In this document: in pieces, positions 22,610-34,360 of the stretch
Position numbering within the stretch: the stretch's first letter is position 1
How the letters are laid out: each line of letters starts with the position of its first letter
Assembly: GCA_001938485.1 (NCBI GenBank)
Contig: MQRK01234477.1
Span: 24,465-76,149 of the forward strand
DNA from: Girardia tigrina
Lineage: Eukaryota
Reading direction: 5' to 3'
Length of the DNA stretch: 51,685 nucleotides
The notes under the pieces: model-generated
The model's input: the letters and a program-made list of their open reading frames with translations, nothing else
Told to the model about the DNA's origin: nothing
Databases searched by the model: none
Position numbers and translations under genes: made by a program

Positions 22610-22982
22610 TATAAAGAACACTAATTGGATTTTCAATACATTTATTACCACTAGGACAATTTTAACAAAACTTTCCCGGTCAGTCATCGTACTTTATTGA
22701 TAAATATCAATTATATTAATAAACGTCTAATTATTCGTACAAATTTAAATTACAACTTAATTTACAATATCGATTTTAAAATAATTTAATTTTTAAATTA
22801 CAAATAATTTTAATTATTTTTAAAAATATTTAAATATATAATTTATGATCTATTAATTTAATTTTAAAGTTATTATTTCTATTTTTGAAAAAATCCGATA
22901 TTTTAAACTATTTAAAATATCAATCTTCCATCTCAGTGGAAGAAACACAAGCCTAAAACAACATTCAAAATTAGTTCTCACA
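22610..22982 (-). mobile_element. Solo Gypsy LTR (373 bp, internally deleted) upstream of the Cav1 start codon
   Basis: Closely similar to 9258-9670; TGTGAG start at 22982; TATAT on both flanks. Confidence 0.8.
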
Positions 22983-23378
22983 TATATATCGCTATTGAAA
23001 TATTCAGTTGTGACAAAATTTATTTGTTTAAACAAAAAAATGTTCTCAGAAAAAGCATTTTTATCAGAAAAAAATAATTAGTTCGATTTTCACGATGAAT
23101 TGAAAAGAATCTTTGAAAAAATTTAAAAGATATCCTATCGTAAAATGCAGGGATGTTACGGTAGCAGCGCAGTGGAAGCACCTTTTTTATTCGTCTTTGA
23201 AAGGGAGGAAGGACATTATTTTTTATCATTTTTATCATCATTATTATTTGATTCATTGTTAATTTTTATTAATTATTATTATTATTATTACTTAATTATT
23301 AATTATTATTACTTAATTTTTATTATCATTTATATTTTTATTTTTATCAATTTTATTTTTACTATTATTATTATTAAC

Positions 23379-23412
<34 letters not shown>

Positions 23413-23639
23413 NNNNNNNNNNNNNNNNNNNNNNNNNNNNNNNNNNNNNNNNNNNNNNNNNNNNNNNNNNNNNNNNNNNNNNNNNNTTTTTCACAATTTT
23501 AATAAATATAATTTACTTTAAAAGGTAACGAAAAAATTAAACATTTTTATTTATGAAAATATTATTGGGTAATAATGACAAAGATAATTTAATTAAAAAT
23601 TTTAATTATTGAAATAACCTTACTTTGCCTATTCTGAAT

Positions 23640-25990
23640 GTTAAGAACAAAGATAGTCCAAAGAATCAATGGTGCCACTCTATACTTATCTGATATCTGG
23701 GTATATACAAAAGATCAGCTGCAACACCATATTGTTTCGAATCATGTTTTAGATAATATTAGAAAAGCAGGATTGCTGCTGAACCCAGAAAAATGTTAAT
23801 TTTTGAAATGGATAATCAAATTCTTAAGACATGTAGTCAACGAAGACGGTGTTAAAATGGACCCATCCAAGATTGAATCAATAAAAACTTTTGGGAAGCC
23901 AATATGTGAAAAAACTTACGCAGATTTTTGGGCATTTAAAACTATTATCTGCTATTTATAAAAGAGTATGCAAAGAAAGCTAGATTATTAGAACAATTAT
24001 GCGGGCTGAATAATAATAAAAAACTTAACTTGACAAACAAGCTAGAGTTAGCATTCGAAGAGATGAAAAATGCATTAATGACAAGCCGGTATTCTGTTTC
24101 CCAGACTTTTAAAGAGATTTTATTCTAGATACGGATACTAGTTTCGACACAATTTGAGCCTTATTAGCATAGAAAGACGGTCAAGGAAAGGAAAGAGTTG
24201 TAGTTTATGGATAGCGATCAATGAATATCTCCGATTGTTATTGTGTGTCAAGAAAGGAATTACTGGTCATGTATTATTTCTGTAACCATTTTAAACATTT
24301 TTTGTATCATAAACGGTTTATTTTGGGTACCGACCATAAAACAATCACATATATGCTGAACAATAAGAAGCCGATTGCATCGCAGTTTCGAACGTTGATT
24401 AACAATCTTAGCAGTCTGGATATGAAGTTAGAATTTCGAAAAGATTCTTTGCACACGAATGCTGATATGCTGTCAAGGATGAATTGCGATACGTGTACTC
24501 AATGTTTGATGCAACACGAGGAAGCCAAGAAAGATAAAATCAAGACAGGTACACTGGAGGTTTTATCAGAAGATGAAACCTTAAAGTCGTTTGAAGATAT
24601 CATCCGGTTGTTGGCACACGTTGGTGCAAGAAAAGTTGAGCATTATTTAAGAGACTCTAAGGAGTTTGACAAGCTGAAGGGTAAGATCAAAGAGATTGTA
24701 TGCAGATGTGAATCATGCCAAAACTATAAAACATATACAGCCAGAACAAAAGAGAGCACGATAAAATTGGAAGCTCCCGATGTTTTTGAATGTATTTATA
24801 TGGATATTTGTAGACCGTTGAAAAAGACTGTTTGGGAAACGAAATATATTCTAGGCATCATTGATCAGTTCAGTAAATATATTACTTTAATAGCAGTATT
24901 GAAACATGATGATCAGTCGATAATAAAAGGAATAATGAGAAATGGGATACTGAAATTTGAATCTCCAAAGGCGATGAATGTGTATTGTTTTAAGGTTTTT
25001 GAGTCAAAAAAAGATGAGAGTTCGCGGAGAAACATAATTTTGAAATTCGATTATCCAGCTCACATCATCATAACACAAACGAACAAATTGAACGACAATT
25101 CCGTACAGTGAGAGAATTGAAAATGCAATATTGCATGAAAGAAGAAGTTCGGACTTGGTAGATATTCTACCAGAGATCGATTTCTCATTTAAATGCCACA
25201 TTACAAACGTCTTTCAGGTTGAGTCCGCCTGAAATCATTTTCAGGATATGCGCCAGTAGGGGGAAATGGGATTGAAGAAATAGCAAACATTTCAATATAA
25301 GTCGGACCAGGAGACCATTACGCGAAGGCAATTTTTTCCAGGAGATGAAGTATTGGTAAAAGTAGAATCTAGAACAAAAGATCAAGGGAAATACAACTGG
25401 CCATTCATAAAGTACATGATAGAAGATATGTTCTTGAAGATATGTCTAGCGAAACATGTGAAAGAAATGTGGAGAAAATTTTAAAATTCTCGCGGGTGTT
25501 ATTGTTAATTTTTTAATTTTCGAAAATAGGAATTTCGTTTTTTTAATTTCGCATTATAATCAAAATATAATTAAAAAAGGAAAATAAAAAACATGAAAAT
25601 TTGTTTAAATAACAAATTTCACCTTATATATTTTTTAATAAATTTTGAAAGTATTGATTTATATTTTAATTTACAATGGAAGTGAATTCCCAACTTAATA
25701 TTGTGAATGAACAATTATATTAAATATGTAACTTAGAAGCCAAATTCGGTCACAAAGTGATAAATGAGGAACGATTCAAAAGATTTAAAGAGTTCATGTG
25801 CATTGCAGATAAACAAAAAATTGTCGATATAGTAAAAAAACATCAATTATTTTTTATTACGGCTAAATTTGACGTTAGGTGTACAACATTTATAAAACAT
25901 AGAATTAACACGACAAGACCTTAACCTTAGGCCACCTTAGACCTTGAGGAAAAGATTGAAAAGGTTACAAAGTCGTTAGAACAACATAAT
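23640..25990 (+). mobile_element. Degenerate Gypsy pol (RT end, RNase H, integrase) plus a separate pre-RT fragment
   Basis: RKELLVMYYFCNHFKHFLY..FILGTDHK, NADMLSR, CRCESCQ, IYMDICRP, IIDQFSKY, end RNVEKILKF near 25490; fragment FIKHRINT..LEEKIEK at about 25860-25990. Confidence 0.88.
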
Positions 25991-26111
25991 GAAATTATAT
26001 ATAATCCAGTCGGGAAAGCAGGTTTAAGAAAAATCCGAAAAACTGTCATATCCTAAGTTAATTTTTGGACATAATTAATTAGCCGCTATAAAGTCCTTCG
26101 AAAAGCCCAAA

Positions 26112-26353
26112 TGTGAGTGGTGGTGTATGGTCGTTCTGAGTTCATAGAGCGATTTGCTTGGTTAATTCTGATAACTACCGAAACCTTGGCCTACTAAATA
26201 GTGTGATTGTGTTTAATTTCAACTACATAAAACTTCTTAGAGGAAATTAACAGTGCTGAGCTAAATAAAATGAAGTAATAACAGGTTAGTGATGCCATCA
26301 GATGTCTGAGGGTGCCCGCGAGCTATAATGGCAGTACCAGCCAGTTCTATTAC
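26112..26353 (+). pseudogene. 18S rRNA pseudogene fragment, 5' part
   Basis: Degenerate matches to conserved SSU blocks: GGTGGTGTATGGTCGTTCTGAGTT, GGTTAATTCTGATAAC, CCTACTAAATAG, AACTTCTTAGAGG, AATAACAGGTTAGTGATGCC. Confidence 0.9.
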
Positions 26354-29300
26354 CAGACCCGTACCCAGCAGGGGGACTTGGGGGGGTTAAGCCCTTAAAT
26401 GAGATCAAGCCTTTACTCAAGCCTCCTCATTGGAAATAGTACATAGAGTATTAACCTATAGTAGTTGTATACATTCATTAAACAAATACAAACCAAGTAT
26501 AAGTCTTTTATGTTGAGAAAAGGAAGGATATATTACAGTACCGGTATGTATAATTTAATTGAAGCAATCTGATTTTAATTATGGTAATGATTTATAATGA
26601 GTTTATTATTGTTTTATACTCATATATTAGCGCGCAACTTGTTGATTTACTTTTTCCGAAGTAGCTTTATGAAATGGTAAGTATCTTTCATGGTAACATA
26701 TATAAGCTATACACTGTCATACTGACGGAATGCATATATTAGCAGTTAATCAGATTTTTAAAAAAGGGTTCTCAAATACAATGCAGTTTTTTAACTACTG
26801 ACTTAAATGCATGTTACTTTATGAAAATTTCCAAACTATTGTTTTTTACGTAACTTACACTTTTCTTAGAAAGTAAAGAATTCTTCTTTTCTAGGAAACA
26901 CTTGCTCGTCTAAACGATCTGGGTGATCATGAACCTTCTCAGCCTAAAAAGCAACCTTCTGACTCAATTTGGAAATCAAAAGCGAGGCTTCAAAAGCCAG
27001 TGGTACCGAAACAGGCCGTGACTTGAATACTCACAATCAGCTGATGCAACTTTCTGCTTCCCTTGTCGAAAATTTGCATCCTCCATCAATTCAAATGGAA
27101 CATTTCGTGATTTAACTTTCATTACCAATGGCTTTCGCTAGTGGAAAACTGCTGTTGAAAAGGATAGAGGATTTATATTAGCACGAAAATTCTCAGATGC
27201 ATATTCGTGCTATCACAACTTGGTTAGAGCGAAAGAAAATAATCGAAACTGGGACATCTGTGGATAGACAACTAATCGCTCACCAATAAGAGAAGAATCG
27301 ATATTACCTACATAACGTTTTTGATTGTATCAAATTCTTGGTTACCAATGAACTTGCTTTTCGAGGTTATGAAGAGAATCAACAGAGCTTTCCAGTTGGC
27401 AAATTCCTTAATCTCTTTCAGTTCATGATGGAAATGTATGCCAAACTGAAAGAAATAACTCCAACGATACCCGCAAATGCTTCCTATTTATCACCTGAAA
27501 TTCAAAATGAGATGATCTCAATTTTGCCACCCTCGTACAGAAAGCAATTGTTTGCGAGACTGAAGAAGTCATAATGGAAGTGTGTCTCAATATTTTGTGA
27601 TGTTCCAGAGACAGAAACAAAATTGAACTATTGGTTTTGGCAATGCGTTATTTTAAAGAAACCCCAAAGGAGCGTTTGCTTACCTTTGTCAATATTTCAT
27701 CACTGGATGCAAATTCTATTGCTCATTCAATCTTGAATAATTTAAAGAGAGACTGAACTGATTTCCACAATACCGTCAAATGAACTAGCATCTTTAAGAA
27801 TAATTTCACAGTGCTTCGATGGCGCCAGTGTTATGACAGGAAAGTATGGTGGTGTACAACAAAAGTTGCAAAAGCTTCTAGGGTATAAGATCCCATACAT
27901 TCTCTGTTTTAACCACCAGTTGCACTTTGTGATCGTTCATATTTTATCTTTTGACAAGCAAATCTGCAATTATTTTGAAATTGCCAATGTTATTTATAAT
28001 TTTACTCAGCACTACAAAGTTTCATCCGCTTACACAGGAGACTCACTTAAAAGATTACTCGAACACCCTTGGACTGGACATTTCGCGACCACGGCAGGGA
28101 TAATCAAGAATTATGAGGAAATCAAAGAAGCTCTTCACGAAGTCAAAAAAAAGTAATGACTTCGATTCAGACCTGGTAGTTTAAAGCTGGTGGTTTGTTG
28201 TCTCAAATTAAACCACCAGAGTTCATTGTTACAGCACACATTATCAAAATAATATTGGATATTATTCAACCAGCACATTTTTTTTCTTCAATGCAGCCAA
28301 TGTAACATTTTATCAGCTGTTAAACTCATTGATAGTGTACAGAAATCACTTTCTGATATTCGCAATGACGAGAATTATGAATTATTGCTTCAAGGAGTCG
28401 AAAACATTATTGATATACTTAACAATGAACCAAAAGTGAAAAGGAAGCGTCTTGAATACAGGAAGTAAATAATTAGCTTAGGACTTGTATTCTATGATAA
28501 TTACATTATTTGCATTCCATCTCTCTTCAGACTTGCAGATAGCGTCATCATGTTTCCTATTGGATCATCGGATATGTCAGGTTTAAGTACACTTAAACAA
28601 CGTTTACGAGTTCTTTATCTTTCTGCAATTGATTCTGCCATGTGAGAGCTAGAAAACGATTTTCTGAGCGAGAAGGATTACAGGTAAGTACTTGTTATGT
28701 TTGTATTATAAACCTCAACTAGCAATACAAAACATACGTATTTTGCTTTATCAATGTGATGGATTAAAAGTACATTATTGCCAGTGAGAGATATCAAAAC
28801 ATTTTTAATCCAGATGCATAATAGTCGTTGTAAATATTTATCAATGGGTCTTTATCGTTTCACACTATTCTCTCAGGTAATAAATTCAATGCGACGTCTT
28901 ATTCCTCCCATGGATCCCAGTGCAGTCAGGTCAATCAGCGAGGTAGCTGGTAAAGATGTTGAAAAGGTTGTAAATGAAATGAAAGTTGCAGAAAAACTCT
29001 TTTTGGACAATGAACAACTAGAGGTTATGCAATCTGATCAAAGTCTGTTGAAATCATATACAAAGCTTCGAATTTGGCATGAGACTTTCCCTACTTTGTC
29101 ACAGACAATGACTGCTCCTCTCACGTTTGGTTTCTTTACCCTTTCGAGAATCCAGTTGCCCTACAGAATGTCAATGAAATGTGACAGACTCTTCAACCTA
29201 ACGCTACTTGGCTATGAAAAACAACTTGTGACTGGCATAACATTTGAAGCTTTTATAAATATGTTTTTAAAAACTTCTCGAAGATTGTGACTGTAAATTC

Positions 29301-29498
29301 TTTTTTTAAATAAAAAGTCTTGGTCATGAAAATATGCTTTCACTATTGATATTTTAGCTATTGGAGATGCAGTCGCGTCAAATAGCGAAGGATTTGTTCT
29401 CTATAAAATTGTATGTAACTTGATTTTGAAGCCCTCCTCGAGGAATTTTAAAAATTACAAAGCCCCCCTCCCTATGGAAAAAGCTGGCTACGGGGCTG
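26354..29498 (+). mobile_element. hAT DNA transposon (TTF zinc finger / ZMYM1-DUF4371-like transposase), decayed
   Basis: 16-bp TIRs CAGACCCGTACCCAGC / CAGCCCCGTAGCCAGC, exact 8-bp TSD TCTATTAC; motifs FKSQWY..LEYSQSADATFCFPCRKF, LAFRGYEE, YLSPEIQNEMI, QCFDGASVMTG, CFNHQLH; apparent introns. Confidence 0.95.
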
Positions 29499-29641
29499 TC
29501 TATTACTAGTTAGAAATTGCCGGATAACATGCTGAAACAATGTCGTGTCAGGAATAGTGGATTGAAATTATCCCACTTGAACGAGGTATGCCTAGTAAGT
29601 CACTATTTTGTGCTAAATACGCCCGTCGCTACTACAGATTG
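29499..29641 (+). pseudogene. 18S rRNA pseudogene fragment, 3' part
   Basis: TTGAACGAGGTATGCCTAGTAAG and CGCCCGTCGCTACTACAGATTG are conserved 3' SSU blocks; collinear with 26112-26353 once the hAT is removed; internal deletion. Confidence 0.88.
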
Positions 29642-29836
29642 TATGTTTACTATGTTTTACTTGTATTATCATTTTTTTCAATAATTAATAGAATTACTTG
29701 GTCAACAGCAGAGAAATAATAATAACTTAATATATAACCCTCTTATCTATTAACGACTATATTAATATGCTTGTTAAATGTCATTATAAATTGATAGTGT
29801 AAATCAATTATCAATAACATTTAATTATTTATTAAA

Positions 29837-32506
29837 ATGGGTTTTCTAAATTACATTATAGAAGTATTCCAAACGAATTTTCCCTTGCGTTCTCCTTCGA
29901 CATCACCCGTTAGTAGAAAAACAAAAAAAATCCACACTAAACCATCGAATGAATATAAAAACCAATTACTGCTAAAAAAAAGTTTCATAATTAGAAAAAA
30001 AGTTATTAAAAATTTTTTTAAATGTGGAAAAAATGGAATCCACAATACTCGAAATGCCAAAGTCAAATTTCAGAATTATTTTATGTTGGATAATAATAAC
30101 GAAGGCGTCATTAATAAATATGGAGATAAAGTAAATTTTGAGAGAAGAACAAATAAAATATCGAGTTTGAAGAAAACCAACGAAAAGTTTAATGTAAACT
30201 TTCAGGAAAATTCTAACATCAAAGACAATTTGATGATGAAAGACGTCGGCGGTTCTGAGAGGAAAGGCAAACTTACGGCGTCGAATATCGGAAGCTTCAA
30301 TCCGATGACGATGAAAGATAAAATAGCGTCTAAAAGTACAGATTTAGACACAGAAAATGTAAAGAAATTACCGATATCTGATGTGAAAAATAAAGTTCCG
30401 AAGTTAGGCGAAAAAAAGTTAAATCTTGATGTCAAACAGATGGGTCAATCGGATTTTAAAAATAAAATGTCTAAAAGCAAAGAGTCGATTTTGAAAACTA
30501 CAGAAACAGAAAATTTGAGTAAAATATCGAAATCCGAATTGAATAATAAAATCAGTTCGATGGAAAAGGGAAATAGTGTGGTGCCGGGAGTCAAAACCAG
30601 TATTCACGAATCTCTGAATACGAATGAAACGAAAAATCAAGTGTCAGCTTTTGAAGATTTGGAATTACAAACACAAACATCTAGTTTCAGTTTTTCCGGT
30701 GAAACAACTGAAGAAATACAATATAAACCACACTTTTTTATGAGTACTTTGCCGGAAACTACAGAAACCACATTTAAAGAAAAGGTTTCAGATAAAGGAA
30801 AGAAATCAACTGAAAAAAAGAAAAAGAAGGAACCAATTAGTGATTCTTTATCATTGAACACTCTTGATATCCAAAACAACGAGAAAGATAAATTATTTCC
30901 GAGTTCAATTAAAAATATCGAATTACAAGAATCATCAAATGAATCCAGTATTTCTACTTCGGCGAATGAAACTTCCAAAGACACTAAATCTAGTGAATCA
31001 ATGCAATTTCTACTCACCAATAGCTCACCAAGTAGCATTAGTACTTCTTCTGAAATATTAACAAAACAGTCGAGTAATTTATATAACTCCCAAGAATCAC
31101 AAAAAGAAACTAAGGGAGAATTGAAAAAAGAAGCTAAACAAGAACTAACACAAGAATTTAAAAACGAAACTAAACTTGAATCGAAAAAAGAGACGAAAGA
31201 ATCGAAAAAAGAAACTAAAGAATCGAAAAAAGAAACTAAAGAATCGAAAAAAGAAACTGAAAAAGAACTAAAACCAGAATCGAAAAAAGATGCTAAACAA
31301 GAATTAAAACCAGAATCGAAAAAAGAAACTAAAGAATCGAAAAAAGAAGCTAAACAAGAACTAAAACCAGAATCAAAAAAAGATGCTCAACAAGAATTAA
31401 AACCAGAATCGAAAAAAGAAACTAAAGAATCGAAAAAAGAAGCTAAACAAGAATTAAAATTAGAATCGAAAAAAGAAAATAAACCCAAAGATAAAAATCA
31501 AGCGACAAATATAAAGTTAGGTAAACCAGAAAAAGAAACAAAAGACAAAAGTAAATCTAACACTAAATTAGATGGGGATGATAGTAAAAAAAAATCTCTG
31601 AAGAAAGAATTAGGTTCACAAAATCCGATTAATAATGATCCAAATACTATCGAAAATGTCACTTCTACAAAAGTTAAAAATTTGACATTAAAAAAAGAGA
31701 CCGAAAACTCTAAGGAACCTATTGCGGACATTGGAAAGAGTTCAATAAAAGATAAAAAGTCAAAGGATAAAAGTATTTTTAGCAATAAAAGTGTCAAGTC
31801 TGATAAAATTTCAAAGAAAAAGAACGATGAAAAGGCAAATCTAAAAAGTGTAACAGAGACCTCCAGTAGCATTGAAGTTACCAATGACAAAGACAAACTG
31901 ACAAATAAAAACAAAGATTCTAAAACAAGTATTACAACAATGGATTCAAAAGCAAAATCTCTTCCAGTGTCCAATCAAACGAGCCCCAGCAAAAGTGTAA
32001 TAGCAGAAAATAGTATTTCCAAAGTCAGTGAAAGTATTCAAACGACCGCATTAGGAGGACAATCAAAAACGAATAATGGAGAATCAAATATTGAAACAGC
32101 AACGCGTAATCATAAACCCGACATGGATGGTAAGCAGTGTGATGAACTGTCAGACTTGTTTATCAACAACCGAGAGGACTTACGAAACATAAGTCTTGGG
32201 ATGCATTGTCGAATTTGTGAATCGATATTCGATTGTTGTTGTAATTGTGGTTGTTTGATGGATGAAAACCGAATACCAGTTTTTTCTTCTCTTAAATGTA
32301 GATCTATTTCCAAAACCAAATGCTGCCGACCTTTGAAACAAAATCGACAAAAGAGTATCTGTAAACCGAAACTGTCTTGGGAATGTAAGCGCCCTTTTTA
32401 CTCATCAAATTCTTCAGATAGTTTAACCCTTTCATACAATTGCATTGTTGGGGATGAAATTTGCGATAATTACTGTCCACAACGAATGATTTGTATTTCT
32501 AGATAA
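29837..32506 (+). CDS. Intronless 889-aa Lys/Glu/Ser-rich protein with ESKK repeats and a Cys-rich C-terminus; function unknown
   Basis: Uninterrupted 2670-bp ORF in AT-rich DNA; AAAATGG start context; ATTAAA about 20 bp after the stop; no TE motifs. Confidence 0.85.
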   Translation: MGFLNYIIEVFQTNFPLRSPSTSPVSRKTKKIHTKPSNEYKNQLLLKKSFIIRKKVIKNFFKCGKNGIHNTRNAKVKFQNYFMLDNNNEGVINKYGDKVNFERRTNKISSLKKTNEKFNVNFQENSNIKDNLMMKDVGGSERKGKLTASNIGSFNPMTMKDKIASKSTDLDTENVKKLPISDVKNKVPKLGEKKLNLDVKQMGQSDFKNKMSKSKESILKTTETENLSKISKSELNNKISSMEKGNSVVPGVKTSIHESLNTNETKNQVSAFEDLELQTQTSSFSFSGETTEEIQYKPHFFMSTLPETTETTFKEKVSDKGKKSTEKKKKKEPISDSLSLNTLDIQNNEKDKLFPSSIKNIELQESSNESSISTSANETSKDTKSSESMQFLLTNSSPSSISTSSEILTKQSSNLYNSQESQKETKGELKKEAKQELTQEFKNETKLESKKETKESKKETKESKKETKESKKETEKELKPESKKDAKQELKPESKKETKESKKEAKQELKPESKKDAQQELKPESKKETKESKKEAKQELKLESKKENKPKDKNQATNIKLGKPEKETKDKSKSNTKLDGDDSKKKSLKKELGSQNPINNDPNTIENVTSTKVKNLTLKKETENSKEPIADIGKSSIKDKKSKDKSIFSNKSVKSDKISKKKNDEKANLKSVTETSSSIEVTNDKDKLTNKNKDSKTSITTMDSKAKSLPVSNQTSPSKSVIAENSISKVSESIQTTALGGQSKTNNGESNIETATRNHKPDMDGKQCDELSDLFINNREDLRNISLGMHCRICESIFDCCCNCGCLMDENRIPVFSSLKCRSISKTKCCRPLKQNRQKSICKPKLSWECKRPFYSSNSSDSLTLSYNCIVGDEICDNYCPQRMICISR
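31094..31483 (+). repeat. Coding tandem repeat of 21-bp (ESKKETK) and 36-bp (ESKK[D/E]AKQELKP) units
   Basis: Repeated GAATCGAAAAAAGAAACTAAA and GAATCGAAAAAAGATGCTAAACAAGAATTAAAACCA; all units are multiples of 3. Confidence 0.95.
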
Positions 32507-32599
32507 AGACAACAAATACATTTCTATTAAAACTATTTATTTAATTTCACTATTCTTTAAACCCATATAGATTTCGAAGGATACACAAAAAACAACTCA

Positions 32600-34360
32600 T
32601 TTATGGTAGTGAGTTCATCATGTAAAAATATCCACACATTAACAGTCGTATACAACAGTCTCAATAAACCTGAAGTTTTTTCATTTAAGTCCTTTAAATA
32701 AATCAAAAGTTTAAAAAAGATATGCTTTATAAAACAATAAACGTTTCGGAATTTAAATTATAACTTATCTATTGTTAATAACTATACTTTGAACATAACC
32801 GTTTACAATTTGACTGTTCCACCATACAATTTATAGACATACAGGATGGCGCAAAATAAACTCCAAGGTACCTTTTTATTGGATCTTTTTATCCACCTAC
32901 TTTTTTATAGGTAAAGTATACATTTTTAGAATCCTGAGCGTCGCCAAATTCTGATGGTATATAAAAAAATCAAAAAAAACATCAAAAATTAAAAAAAAAT
33001 TTTGAGACGAAAAATTTAACAAGCTTTTTATTCCATAAAAGCATAACAATAATTAATTATCGAATTTCAACTTATCCTCCATCTCTAAGAAAACATTCAT
33101 GCAAACGTCGTCTGTAGTCGGCCACAATGCGTTCACGAAGTGCACGGTCTCCACGGATTTCATTGGCAACTCCTTCAATCGCTGCTCTCAACTCATCGAG
33201 TGTGCTTGGACGTTGTTCGCGATGATAAATTCGACCTTTCATGTAGCTTTTCATGAGGATTTTCATCGGCCCACATGATCCAGTCTTGACGATTGACGCT
33301 TCCGTCCAAATGAAAGTGGACTTCCTTCCGTAAAAAGAAGATTGTTGAGTCTGTTTGCATCTTCATTCAATCGATCAAATTCGGTTCGAGCAAACTCAAT
33401 TCGAGCGGCATAGTCGGTCACCTCTAAGGCATAAGCCATTTGCAAATGATAGGGACGCATCTGTAAGTCTTCTTTCAAAATTCGCTGCAAGCTTCTTTGT
33501 GACATACGAACTGTTCCGTGATCGTCTTCTTCGCTGTCAGTGTCGCCAGTTGAAACAAATGAATTGCGTCGAGTTGATAGATGAGGATTTGCAGTAAAGG
33601 CTTCACGGACGTCTTCAATGGCTTCTTTGGTAAGAACACGTTTTGGCTTGTTATTTCCGCGCTTTCCATGGACACTTCCAGTCGCTCGAAAATCGTCAAT
33701 CCATTTTACAATGACTCTTTTTTCCGGAATCTTTGCTCGACCATTTCTTGTTTCACTTCGGAATCGAGTTTTGAGCTGCGCATAATCATAGGCTTCCTCA
33801 ACAAGCATCAAAACGAGATGAGCTTTTTGCTGATCCATATACGTCATTTGAATCAAATTTTAGGGTAAAACTTTAGAAGTTCATTTAAAAAAACGCTTGT
33901 TAAATTTTTCGTCTCAAAAATTTTTTTTAATTTTTGATGTTTTTTTATTTTTTTTATATACCATCAGAATTTGGCGACGCTCAGGATTCTAAAAATGTAT
34001 ACTTTACCTATAAAAAAGTAGGTTGGATAAAAAGATCCAATAGAAAAGTACCTTGGATTTTATTTTGCGTCACCCTGTATTATCCACAGCTGCACATTTT
34101 GATAAAATTTCTTCCAATGTTTCTTACTTAACGAAATTCAAAACAGACTTTTTCATATTTTTGTTACTGCTGGAATCATCATTTTCTTCGTTGACTTTAT
34201 TTTTACTTAATACGAATTTCTTGTCGTTTAAGATGATTCGCCATTGTTGAAGTTGATCCTTAGGGACAAGATAATTTTATATCTTGTCATTTTCGTGAGC
34301 ATATAGAACACTTTACAGTATTTCCACACTTCAGATTTTTAAAAGCCATATTCCTTGGGT
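32600..34360 (-). mobile_element. Old BED-finger hAT remnant interrupted by the Tc1/mariner element at 32842
   Basis: Broken peptides SEVWKY, VKCSICS, GSTSTMANHLKR, ETLEEILSKCAAVD immediately right of the insertion; boundaries approximate. Confidence 0.5.
32842..34077 (-). mobile_element. Internally deleted Tc1/mariner-superfamily element with long (about 180 bp) TIRs
   Basis: Near-identical inverted repeats at about 32842-33024 and 33896-34077 starting CAGG(A/G)TG, TA TSD; HTH region and C-terminal PSTLDELRAAI remain, most of the catalytic core is deleted. Confidence 0.93.

Noticed and set aside
26112-29641. Functional rRNA gene with an intron
   Set aside because: Only about 380 bp of 18S with substitutions in invariant positions and a deletion; the insert has TIRs and an 8-bp TSD, so it is a hAT and not a group I intron.
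31094-31483. Regularly spaced repeats as a CRISPR-like array
   Set aside because: No unique spacers, units are in-frame codon multiples, and the context is eukaryotic.
30202-32319. Several minus-strand ORFs rich in F, S and L
   Set aside because: Antisense shadows of the Lys/Glu-rich 889-aa ORF.
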